Assembly (NCBI RefSeq): GCF_009834535.1
Contig: NC_045696.1
Location: 89,528,001-89,592,000, forward strand
Source of the DNA: Camelus ferus
Lineage: Eukaryota
Direction: 5' to 3'
DNA: 64,000 nt
The translations under genes were made by a program, and so were the position numbers. The notes under the pieces are model-generated. The model searched no databases. It was not told the DNA's origin and saw only the letters and a list, made by a program, of their open reading frames with translations. Positions 37,621 through 48,949 of this stretch are shown here, one piece after another (position 1 is the first letter of the stretch; each line of letters begins with the position of its first letter).

Positions 37621-38594
37621 TAAATTGTATTAAAAACAATGCTGCTAAACTTTTAAAAATGAAAAGTAAAAATGCCAAATAAAAAAAGAATACCTCAAAT
37701 CGACTTATAAAATATATGGCTGAATATAAGCTTCTTATTGATGATAATGGGCCCTTTGGATCAAAATATCTAGAAGTCCTAACTGGTAGTTTCAGACAAA
37801 GGTGAGGACCCACACTAGTGAAACAGATCTGTCAGTTTCTGTATTAACCCACTAAAAATCGGAACTCCCATGAGGACGTGGTTGGCCAGCTCAAAAGCTA
37901 TTTTACCTGTTACAAAACATTTTTTATAAGGTATGTTATTTAACTATTTTATCTGTTATATTTAAGTGTATACATACATACTCAGCAACTTCAGGATGTA
38001 ATATTTCAACATATAGCTGAATAAAACAGAGGTGCCTGTAGAATTCAGGGGATGGGAGTCCTTTCCTATTGGTGTGATTCCTGGCTGCCTGTGCTTCTAA
38101 CTGGCATGGCCTGGGGTTCAGTTATTGAGGACTTGGAACATTTATGATTATGCTCAAACACCTCACGCCTGATTTATGAGGTCTAGGTAAGGCTGATTAC
38201 CAGGGCACGATGACATTTGTCTCATCCTAAGCATTATTCTCTGTGAAATTACAGATTTTATGCCCCCAATCCCCCCTCCTCCCAAATATATATGAATGGA
38301 AATACAAGACTGTTGAAAGACACTTGTCTGAGTATCACCTAAAAATTACTGTGTATCACACTTTAGGCAACATTCTTCTGGGTGGAGCACCAAATAGGAA
38401 GGACTCAGCAGAGACAGGGTCAATCGAGTTACAGCTAGAGCCAGGTAGGTCAGGTGGGTTGGGGAAGGCAGTTAGGAGGGAAAGCCTGGAGGGGCTGCCC
38501 AGGACCAAAGCATTGACCCAGACCTCTAGAGAAGGCCCTTGGGTGGGGAGGTGCTACCTTAAGGAGACAGCAGCATTCAGGTTTCCATTCCTCT

Positions 38595-39110
38595 ATTCAT
38601 TCAGTTACTCATTCATTGAAATACCTACTATGTGCCAGGCACTGGGTTGGGTTCTAGAGAGAAGAAGTTGGAAGAGGTCAAAGAACTCACAGTCTAGAAA
38701 GGAAATAAAAAATCTCAGTGATTACAGTTGGGTTTCAAAGTAGTCGGGGTGGGGGTGTAGTCAAAGAATGCAGTGGAAGAAAATATTGGAGAGGGCATTG
38801 TGAACAGCTCAGGGAAGCCTTTCAAGAGGAGTGATGCTTGCATTAAGTCTTGAGGTATAAACAGAAGTCCTCCAGAGGCCGAATGACACAAGGACAGCCC
38901 GAACAGTATGGTCAAAGTTTAGAGGTGTAAGAAAGCAGGATGTTACCCACAAATGAGAGAAGTTAGGATAACTGGAATAGAGAGTAAGTATTGCAGGACA
39001 GTAGAGAAAGACGCTGGAAATGGTAGGAAAGCAAGAGCTGGATGTGAGGGATACTGAAACTGAATTTGAACTCGAAGTCGACAGAGAGACATGAAGGGTT
39101 TTAAGCCAGA
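38595..39110 (-). mobile_element. L2 3' fragment
   Basis: CATTCATTGAAATACCTACTATGTGCCAGGCACTGGG...AAGAACTCACAGTCTAG. Confidence 0.75.
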
Positions 39111-39559
39111 ACTGGCTGGAATATACACGTGTTTTCTGTGTGGACGGATGTTGATAAAAAGTAAATTCTTTATCAAAACAACCCAAAGGCCTTAGCCAGA
39201 GTGCTAGACAGTCAGCAGATAGAGATCTGCGTCACTTAAAAAAAACGATTTAACATATAATCAAGGGATAGGATAGCGGGCTGCTGAAAGAGCATGCACG
39301 TGCAGACAATCAGCCTTGCGCACGCGAGGCGTCGCGTGCGCCACACACCAGCACGATGGGGTGTCCCAGGTGAGAACGAGAGTCTGGAAAGAAAGGAAGA
39401 GAAGTAGCACGAGCTGAACTTCACAGTGGATGTTCAGGAAGCGCCGAACCTCCCTCCAGGAGGTGACGATGACAGGGATAGCTGGAGAATGACGGAGGCA
39501 TTCCCTCTCTACATCTAAGGGAATCCATGGATCAATTCTTATTTGTACATCTATATATT

Positions 39560-39735
39560 TAAAAAAACTTTTTATTGTGTGAACCCTTCAAACATTCACA
39601 TAATCGAGCAGTACAGTGAACCCCACGAACCCATCAACCAGCTCTGGCAACAGTCGACCTACAGCAATCTTATTTCACCTGTAATCCTCCTATTACATGA
39701 TTCTGAAGCAAATCGCAGACATCCTGTCATTTTAA
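39560..39735 (-). mobile_element. L1MC4/5-like 3' fragment
   Basis: TTTTATTGTG...CAGTACAGTGAACCCC...CCCATCAACCAGC...TGAAGCAAATCGCAGACATC. Confidence 0.6.
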
Positions 39736-41144
39736 GATAAGGGTCTTTATTCTAAACCCCAGTCTGTGTCAGAATCAGAGGATATGTGGACCCTTGCACT
39801 GTGGCTAGAAAAACAATGAAAATGAACAAGCACAGAAGCAAAGTCTTCTCTCTCATAAAGAGAAATTAAAAATCAGACAATATGAATGTGATTATCACTT
39901 ATTTAGAGAAAGGGGTAAAATAGAATAACTTATAAATAACACTAAGCTGGTGAAGTTACTATCAAAATCCTATGACATGAACTAAACTAATGAGGTTAAA
40001 CAGATGAGGAAACAGAAGGAAATTAAATTTAAAAATGTGCAAACTAAAGTGTCAAAGAAATAATGATTAGGCTGGAAAGAAAAACCTGAGAGCAGAAAGA
40101 GACCTGGGCCGAGGGTGGGATGGGGAGGCAGATTGAGTGTAAATTGGAATATAAACTCGCCCATTTAAAAGATCCCAATTAACTCCTTCATGTGGTAATG
40201 ACTTACCGAGCGCCTGCCTCGTGCAGGGCCCTGGAATGTCTCTGGAATGTCACGTGCCTTCAGTAAACCACCTCTGCCGCTTAAAGAGGAGTCAACAAGT
40301 GACCTGGGGGCAGGCAGCTGCATCTACCTAGATTCTGCCTGAACCTCATCCAATTTCTTTATTAAACACCTGGCTTCTTGAGAAATAGCGGCAACTGGAA
40401 GGGGTTCAAAGGAGTGGAACAGAAAATAATTAGAGGAAGAGATTGATTTTAACGGAAAGATCAAAGGAACCAAATATAGGGAACTTGGCTAAGCCAGAGC
40501 TCAGGGAAAAAAAAATGAGCTATTTGAGGCATGTAAAGAACAAAACAAAATAAGAAATATTGAGCTGGCGCGCAGAGCATAATGCAGAACCTGGGACGGA
40601 CACAGGGAAAGGCTGCTGAGGGCAGGCCGAGGCGCTCGCCTGGCACTGGACTGTACGTCAGCCCCGCTGAGCACACTCTGACGTTAAGCAGGCTTCTTTC
40701 TGCTCAACGGCTACCTTGTTTAGAACACCAGCTTCCAGAGAGCGGGCATTATTTGTGACCTTTCAACTTTGGAAAAGAAAGTGTGCTGAATCAGTCCCTC
40801 CCTGGTGAGCAGGATGGGAAGGGAGGGGAAAGAATATTTTCTCTCAAATGTAATTCATAGATAAGTTTTAATGCTTCTCACTCCTACAGAATTTTTTCCA
40901 GTCAGCAAACATTTTACCAGAGGGGGAGAAGGGTGGGCGGAAAGGGAGGGAGGGAGGGAGAGAGAGAGGTACGTTGGTTCTATGGTTAATGTTTTAAATG
41001 GTTAATGTTTTAAGACCTAAGGTCTTAGGGACTTTATTTTGGCAACATTTTTTAGTTCTTGGTCAGTTCCTTTCAGTCAGACCATAGGTCTTTATTTTTG
41101 GGGGAGGGAGTTTAATTTCTTTTTATTTTAAAATAGGTCGGAGG

Positions 41145-41365
41145 GGAGGGATAAATTAGGAGTTTGGGATTAGGAGATACAGACTACTATTCACAATATA
41201 AGTAAACAACAAGGACCTGCTGGATAGCACAGGGAACTACACGCAATATCCCGTAATAACCTATAATGAAAAAGAATATGTCTAAATATATAACTGAATC
41301 ACAATGCTGCTCACCAGAAACTAACACAACATTGTGGGTCAACTATACTTGAATTAAAAATAAAG
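41145..41365 (+). mobile_element. Cetartiodactyl L1 3' end (L1_Art-like), 5'-truncated
   Basis: GGGAGGGATAAATTAGGAGTTTGGGATT...ACAAGGACCTGCTGGATAGCACAGGGAACT...CAGAAACTAACACAACATTGT...AACTATACT. Confidence 0.85.
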
Positions 41366-43044
41366 AGAGAAAATATATCATACATGCACAGCAGGGCAGG
41401 AAACATACATGCACAGTGTAAAGAACAATGATCAAATGAACCCCAGCACCCCCCGCCTCTCCGTTCTAAGTCAGATTATCCTGGTACCTTTGAAGCCCTC
41501 GGCATGTCCCATCCTAACCACACTTCACCCTCTGTCTCTCCTTTCCACTCCCCAACATTATCCTGAAGTTTAGCTTAACCTCCTGCCTCTCCTTAACGGT
41601 TTTCCTCTAAAGGCATGGTTGGGCAAAGCTACTCCGTGGTACCGCTGCGTCAGCATCCAGGTTGTTTGGCCAAGAGGCCTGTGGGGGGCACTTAAACTGG
41701 TGCTAGTCCCCTCATGTCACCAAGCGCACGCCCTAGCAACAGTCACAGAGGTGTAATGTATGTTACGTTTCCCGGCATAACTCCCCCGGCAGCCCTGTGA
41801 TCAGCAGCTCTCCCCCCACTCAGGGCCTTCCCCTCATGGAACTTACCAAAACCCTGCTCTTTTTGGTTTGAATAAGGCTTGATAGTTGTCATTAAAGCTC
41901 TAGCTGTGTCACGGTCTCGAGGTGGTCTCTTCCTCTGCTCCCAGGGCAACACTAACAAGGGCCAAAAGGGCTCATTTCTTTACACAGTGGACCAGAAAAC
42001 TAAAAATAATTGAGTTCACGACACTGGCCACCCCAGTTGCCGACAATGGATGGCTGAACCGCACACAGCACGCCCCCACGCTGAAGCTGGGTGTCCATTA
42101 CTCTTGTCTCCTGCACGGTATTCTGGAAGAACCCGTCATTCAGCACCCCTCGGGGACACCGTTGGCCATTCCACACTGTGGCGTGCGGGGCAGTGTCTTC
42201 CAGCCTCAGCCCTGCGGAAGCATCTGTTCGGCAGGGGGCCCGGTGCAAGGAAGAGGCACAATCAGCTGCGTTTCCCTTTTCCTTTTGACCCCTTTCCTGA
42301 GGTTGGAATCACTTGTGCGTGATCCTCCCTGTTTAGGCTAAAGTTTATCAGATACTTGGACACCGCCCAGAAGTTCTGGTACTGCACCAGATCTCAGTCC
42401 CCTCAAATCCAAACTCCTGGAACTGGACCAGCCTGGGTTTGTCACACTGCCGGCCACCTCTGCTGGCAGTCTCAGCCCCCTCCCCTCTTCCCAGCACCAC
42501 ACCAGCAAGGTTTGACCATTTTTGGTGACTTGGCCAGACAGGCCAGGGGGGTTATTCCCAGATGGCCTCCCTGTGTTCTTTAGCAATTCTAATTATGAGG
42601 CCAGGATGGTTACGAAGTTTAAATAAGTGAAAGGATCAAAGCTTATGAAGACAAGATGCAGGCAGTTTTAAACTTTCTGATTTGCTTTTTTTTTTTTCTT
42701 CTGAGAACAAGAGGCATGAAGTCATAAAGTAAGGGATCTGGAAATTTCTACTCAGCAATTTCATACCAGCTTTTTACAAATATAAGACATTCCATAAAGT
42801 CTAGGTAAAACTCTAGTATTTCTAAAATCCTGTAAAATCGGTGTATCTCAGTGGAGACATAGGGTATTAGATACTGTGATGTCTGAAAATTATTGCTACA
42901 ATATCTAAAATTCCCTTTTCTCTCTATTTTTAATTCTAAGAAATCCAGGGTCTTATGGGCAGAATATATGGCCTTTAGCAAAAGCTGGCCCTTGAGCTTC
43001 AACTTGGTTTGGCCCATTCATCTCTGTTTTTATATCTTCCCTAT

Positions 43045-43470
43045 CCATTCATTCAACAATGAACATTTATTGAACATCTAGTAAGTATAGTGCTAACCCC
43101 TGGAGATTCCAAGACAAAACCTGACATTGGTACTTCCCTTCCTGGGGGCTGAAGAGCAAGTGGAGGGAGCGAGCTATGCAAAGAAAGAAAGAAAAGCTGT
43201 AGTGTTCCAGGTGTGCTGACAGGAGCAGCTAGTGGGGGCGGCATGGAGAAAGGGATTAACTCAGAGTGAGAGAGAAATAGGAGTTGGGGGAAGCGGATGG
43301 TTTGTTTTGCAAGAGGCTTTAGGGGAGCCATGATCTTGAGCTGAATTCTAAATTACAGCCTCAGAACACATCAGAGTCTGAGAGGACTCTTGATCAACTC
43401 TATTTCGGAAGCCTAAGAAAGTGGCCTTGTCCAAATTCACATGGCTAGTTAGTAGCTGGGACAGGATTTG
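43045..43470 (-). mobile_element. L2 fragment (~43045-43340) and MIR fragment (~43380-43470)
   Basis: CATTCATTCAACAATGAACATTTATTGAACATCT; then CCTTGTCCAAATTCACATGGCTAGTTAGTAGCTGGGACAGGATTTG. Confidence 0.65.
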
Positions 43471-44769
43471 TTAACGCAAAACATTTGCTCTTTCCCTTCC
43501 AATACATGGTCCTGGTTTCCGCCTTTTGCAGTCGGCAGAGAAGTGGCCCACCTCTTGCAAGACCACACCTGTATGTAGACCTTCTTCTTCCTTTTTTTTT
43601 TACAGTTAAGCAAGACTCCTTGCTTTTTTTAATTTCTGAGAGCTTAGCTTACACAGACTGGGTGGTGGGTTCACATAATTTAATTTGCTTGGGGTGGGGG
43701 ATGGTCCTGTCCACTTTCTGTTTCTCTTCTTCAGTTTCACCTCAAAATCAGAAGGCAGGATGCGGTCAGTGAGTACCTGCTCCACCAGCTCTGCTGGAGG
43801 CTGCGGTGCGTTGTTCTGCCTGCCCGCATCCAGTCCCCAGTGTTTCTTTGGTGACTATCCGCCCTGCTCTGGGGACACAAGACTCTGGTGGGAAGACCCA
43901 CCTGCTGACTTCAGGACTCGGGGGAACCATTTGCCGGTGTGGGGATAACCTGAAGTCAGCTGTCTCCTCTCTCTCCTGCCACCCTCTTCAGTTCAGCCTG
44001 GGGACCAGGATGCTTCTCCCTCCAGATATTTCAGAAGTGGGTTCTTCTGCAGGTGAACTAATGGATTCCCATGTTGTTGCTTTACGGGTCTCTGTATTTG
44101 CAAGGACACTCCGAGGGCAGTCTGGGGGCCACTCGCAGCGGGGGTACAGTAAGAAGAGATGGCTAGGAGCAGAGAGAAGAGTGCAGTGAGGGGGATTCTC
44201 TAAGATCCTGGAAACTGAATTGCCTTTGTCGGGGAGCAGCTGATGCACCTGAAAACCATTTGCAAGGCTTTAGTGCCCGAGTGAAATGCCTGCAGTCTCT
44301 CCAAGAGATTTCGATGTTCACTTACTGTGACTTTTTCAGCCGAAAAAAAATGTAGACTTGGTCCCTGTTATTCATGTGATTAGGCACTAGTTTTGTAAAA
44401 TGATGTATGTAGGCTAATTCCTACTGACCCTTCAGAGAGAGAAATCACATATTGTTATTCAAGGAGCACATGTAATTTTTATCTCTTTTTACAAGCCCAA
44501 ATCAAATAGATTACCTTCCTGAGCTGTGAACAACTTGAAACGCACACGGATCTGCGAGGTTAAAGAGCAAGAGGATAAGGACTTGCATTTGACAGAGTAA
44601 AGTCTATAATTTGGTGGCACAAAGATTCTCTTAAATGACGATAGAGGAAACCAGCGGATTCCGAAATGGTAAAATCTTTAAAGAAAAAAAAAGATAACAT
44701 AGGGATGCTATGGGAAATAGCATTTTATATTTATGTAGCAGTCTCCTTCTTGACGGTAGAAATACTTCT

Positions 44770-45580
44770 CAAAACCTTCACCATTACTCCCCATCCCCAG
44801 GCCACCCCCCATCTCTACTCTGGGTCACTGGAAGAGCTGCCTGTTGAATTTCCCTGCATTCACACTTGTCCCTTTACAGTTCACACTCCACTCCCTAGCC
44901 AAAATGATCTTTCAAAGATCATCTTTAAAGCTTACAACTCCCCGGTAACTTCTCACTGTGCTTAGGATAAAATTCAGACTTCTTTCCCTGGCCTTAGAGA
45001 TTCTTCAGGATTTCTTGACAGAGACAATATCTGCAGGACAGTATGAGCAGGGCACATCTTCTCATATGCGTCCACCCAAAGCAGTGAAGATGTTTAGCAT
45101 CCCTGGTCCTGCCCACTAAAAGCCAACAGTGCTCGGACCTCAACTCCATATTTTGCATCCGGATCACCAACTGCACATCAAACACCGTCTAGGCAGGGGA
45201 ATGAGGGTTGTATCACCCCCAGCTGAAAATCCCTACTAGCCTACTTAATCTGAACCCCCTGCCTACCTTCAACCTCAGGATCTTTGCACGGGCTCTTTTC
45301 TCTGCAGGGACTGCTCCGCTCCCAGACTACCCACGTCTGGCTCCTTTTCCACTTTCATGTCTTAGCTTAAATGCACGTCTTCAGAAAGATATTCCCTGGA
45401 CTACCCCATCTAAAATAGCAACACACACTCAGCGTGTGTGCACATGCTATGCACACATCAGTGTATACAATTTCCTTCTCTGTTTCCTTGTTTATTGTCT
45501 GTCTTTCCTCTCTAGAATGTAAGTTCCATGAGAGCAGTCTGGATAAATTTATATAATTATTTGTTGATTGAATAACAGAT
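44770..45580 (+). mobile_element. L2 fragment interrupted by a MER20-like element (~45020-45237)
   Basis: L2: GATCTTTCAAAGATC...CTTAGGATAAAATTCAGACTTC and CTTTGCACGGGCTCTTTTCTCTGC...CTCTAGAATGTAAGTTCCATGAGAGCAG. MER20: GATGTTTAGCATCCCTGGTCCTGCCCACTA...CCCCCAGCTGAAAATCCCT. Confidence 0.7.
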
Positions 45581-46669
45581 GCCGTAAAGTTATATGTCAT
45601 TTAATCACATCATCATACATATTAGTAAGAAGCAGAAAACCATTATCAAACTCGTTTTTTAGGTAAGCACTAAGACACTAAAAACAACAAATCCCACACT
45701 GAATGTTAGTGATGGAGGGAGGAATAAAACCAGAAAGCTCATTACCTCCTTATTAAGTCACAGTGGATTATTTCAGTATATGGTGATCTATTTAGACAGG
45801 TCACACTGAGAGACAGATAACATAGAGAGATTATAATTAACCAATTCTCTTGTCGCCACCACTTTAAGTTAAAATGTCCATGGCGGTTACTACTATCTAT
45901 ATTTCAGCTGCATTTCATTTTACTTTACTGGTTATTATACCTTCTCAAATCTAGGCTCAAAAAACAGATTCACCCTTTAGAGAAGTGGATAAAAAAGGAA
46001 GTAAGTTTCACTGCTCCCCATGGAACAAATCTCAGTACCTATCTCTCATCTGATTCTAGTAGTTGACAGATGGATCCACAAACAAGGCATCGTGTGGGGA
46101 TGGCAAATACACAGCACTCAGTTCCTCACTCTCTACTCCTGCTTCCTTGGCAAGTACAGCTCATTATTTCCAGAACTTCCTCTTGCTGAGCATCTATTCC
46201 AACTGGGACTCCCCAATCCAGTGCTGCCGGCGGCGGCTACCAATGGATTGGAGGTGACATACAAGTTACTGCCAGCCCTGGAATGGAGGAAAGATCAAAT
46301 CTTCCCAGATCAATCTGAGTTTGAATACCATATCTGCTCTTTGCCACCTGTGAGATCAATCTGAAGCCCTGTGTGACCCAGCAGAATTTAAACCTGTTTA
46401 AAGGTAACCCCTGCAGCACCATCTAGGATTGCCTCAGCACCTACTTCTCTTTGGTTCCACCTAATGTGAGACTTAATTTTTATTAAAAGTGTAGGTCACA
46501 CATGCTTGGACACATACTCATACTTGCAGATGGGTCTAAAGGGTGTAGACAAGATTTACGGTTAGTGTCTTATCAAAGTACAAGGACCCTGTTAGAGACC
46601 ATCAAGCATTTGGATCCAACATAATTATTGAGACTCTGCACTGCCAGCTTTCCTGTCTTTCCCACAGCC

Positions 46670-46800
46670 ACACACATGGCATTATTATCCTTTCCACGAG
46701 GCAGACCACAGAACTGAGGCTCAGACACAAAGGAACTAGCCCAGAGTCCCGTGGCTACTTTAAGCGGCCAAGTGTGGATCCTAAACACCAGTCTCCTAAC
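46670..46800 (-). mobile_element. MIR fragment
   Basis: CATTATTATCC...AACTGAGGCTCAGA...GCCCAGAGTC. Confidence 0.6.
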
Positions 46801-47594
46801 AGAGGCAGTGTTAATTCACCACTGGAAAATCGGCTGTAGGAGTGACCTACCCTTGCTTTAGTTAAAAATGACAGCCCTCAGTTCCCAGCTGATGCGTGTG
46901 CTGTGATTTGTACTGCCAACGGAATGTTCCTGCTGCTGAAATTTATCGCCACCTTTCTAAGCTGGTGGAGGGAATGTTTCCCGTTTAAAAGTGCAGCCCC
47001 ACTCTTAAAACAGCCTGAAGTGAAAGATGAAAAGCCTGAGAGTAGCACTAACCACGTGCTTAAAGTGTGTGAATATATTAGGAGATTTCACAGAAAGGTA
47101 GCAACTGGTTATTACTGAAATGATTGGAAGAGGTGGCTTACAATAACAACCAAAACAGTTCCTTTAAAAATGCTGTTTAAACCACCTTTTGGGTAGACCA
47201 CCCTTACTGAGATTCCAAGATGGCTTACCATTGTCTGCAAGCATATGGAATATTTTTATAGCAAAGGAAAACAACCAGCTACTTTCCATGTCTCTGAACT
47301 TAAAATAGGTGGAAGTGGGTTTGCTTTAAGAAGAACTTCCAAACAATGAGCCTGGTTAAATTAATAATTAGGACTGGATTTCCTAGGGAGTTAGGCATCC
47401 TTTTTTGAAGAAGGGTGGGAAGAAGGGGGTGAAGTAACAGGGGTTCTAAAGTTGTGCTCCAGGGTTGGTTTCCACTCTCAAAACTCATTTCCTCCCCAAG
47501 AAACAATATAGTTTCCTAAGTCATAGGAAAAAAAGAAAGAAATGTAAAATAATATTTACGGAGGCTCCACTGGATTCTAGGTTCCTCTACTTCT

Positions 47595-47608
47595 TTGCCC
47601 CCTTCTTT

Positions 47609-47652
<44 letters not shown>

Positions 47653-48912
47653 TTTTGATCTGTGATTTTGGTTTTCATTATCTTAAGCCTTAGGATCACA
47701 TAATTTACAAATTTTTCCTGATGGTGTAATTCCTCTAATCTTTCTAATGAGCTGGCAAAAGCACCATTACCAATCATACATAAAGGTTAATGCCACAGTG
47801 CTTTTGCATAGCTGCTTAAAAGACAATCCTGAATTATAACTCAGTTTGACTCAGCATAGAATTTGCAAGCAAAGTTTGCTGTTGTAGCTTATAGGTCATC
47901 TATAAAATATGAAAAGTATTCAATATTCTTTGTTTGATATTATGTATATAAACCATACTAAAATGCCTTTCATGAAGTAAAGGGCAACATTTTAGATACA
48001 GCAAATTTAATTTAATTGGCATAGTTAAGACCAAGAAGATAATGTGAACATTGCCAGCTTATCTTCAGCCCTGGCCTTTAGCAGGCTAATGAACGGAAAT
48101 TGAAATGCAGGTGCATCTTGCTATGAGACAGTGAAGGGATAGCCTCAGTCTTTAAATATAGTTATATAGCCAGTCATATAAATTTAAATGTAAACCCAGC
48201 TTCCTATAGGTTTTGAGATGGCATTCACCATCTTTGTGAATAGTTGGGCATTACTCATCAAGTCCAGTCATATATTTAGAAGAGGAAAACATGGGTAGCA
48301 TTTGCTGAACTGGAATTAATATCAAAATTTAAAAAGCTGATCTTATTAATTTAACCACAAGTCAATCTATATAAATCAGTCCAAAAGAAATATCATATCT
48401 GCCATTCATGGTCTGAATTCTGGTGTAGGAGCTCAATTAAGTACGGTACACGTAAAGTCGTGAGATACTTCTGTTCTGTAATAAGTATGGTAACAGCCAA
48501 CTTCTACTCATTAGTAGCTGTTTTGAGATAAGCTATCAAGTCTGCCTTTTCTGCCATCTTCTTAATGTCTTGTCCCAAGGATGTACTTCTTGGGATTCTC
48601 CATCTAGCCCAGCAGTGTTCCCTCTCCCCAAGAGATGCCTTTGATCTTGCTAGCATCCAAGTAATAAAATCCAGGGGCCTGACCTGTCTTTTGCCCAAAT
48701 GGCCCATGGAGATTCGGCTCAGTCTTGTGCTTGCCTCCCTTTTCCATGGTGTGGCACTGGGCACACTTCTGAATAAAAATCTTCTTGCCCTTCTCAGCAT
48801 CACCCATTTTAGAATCACCCTTTTGTCACAGGAGACAGAAAGGTTCCCACTTGTGAGCAGGACGTCCTGCTCACTAAGTTCAAGGACATGCAAGTCTGCA
48901 CCTATGTACCAG
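47595..48912 (-). pseudogene. CYCS: Full-length processed cytochrome c (somatic) pseudogene; CDS remnant 48504-48807
   Basis: Translates [35 protein letters not shown]...ADLIAYLKTATNE*. Intronless, with a premature TAG at 48604-48606 and a 14-nt frameshifting deletion at 48569/48570 (304 nt versus the normal 318). Has a CYCS-like 5' leader, ~850 nt of CYCS-like 3' UTR, a degenerate A-tail and a 17-bp TSD (47578-47594 / 48913-48929, 15/17 identical). Confidence 0.96.
47611..47650. repeat. (ATCT)10 tetranucleotide microsatellite
   Basis: Seen directly; perfect 40 bp. Confidence 0.98.
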
Positions 48913-48949
48913 TAGGTTCCTCTAATTTTAATGACACTGTTAATTATTC

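Noticed and set aside
38243-38743. 166-aa ORF (likewise 4141-4587, 16503-16937, 20376-20702, 31253-31696, 31860-32309)
   Set aside because: No recognisable protein similarity. Several overlap L2, L1, MER5A or SINE sequence, and such lengths are expected by chance in 64 kb across six frames.
39040-39050. GGATGTGAGGG, matching the 5' end of 7SK RNA
   Set aside because: Only 11 nt, inside an L2 remnant, with no further similarity.
48504-48915. 129-aa and 116-aa ORFs over the cytochrome c region
   Set aside because: Alternative and antisense frames of the frameshifted CYCS pseudogene.
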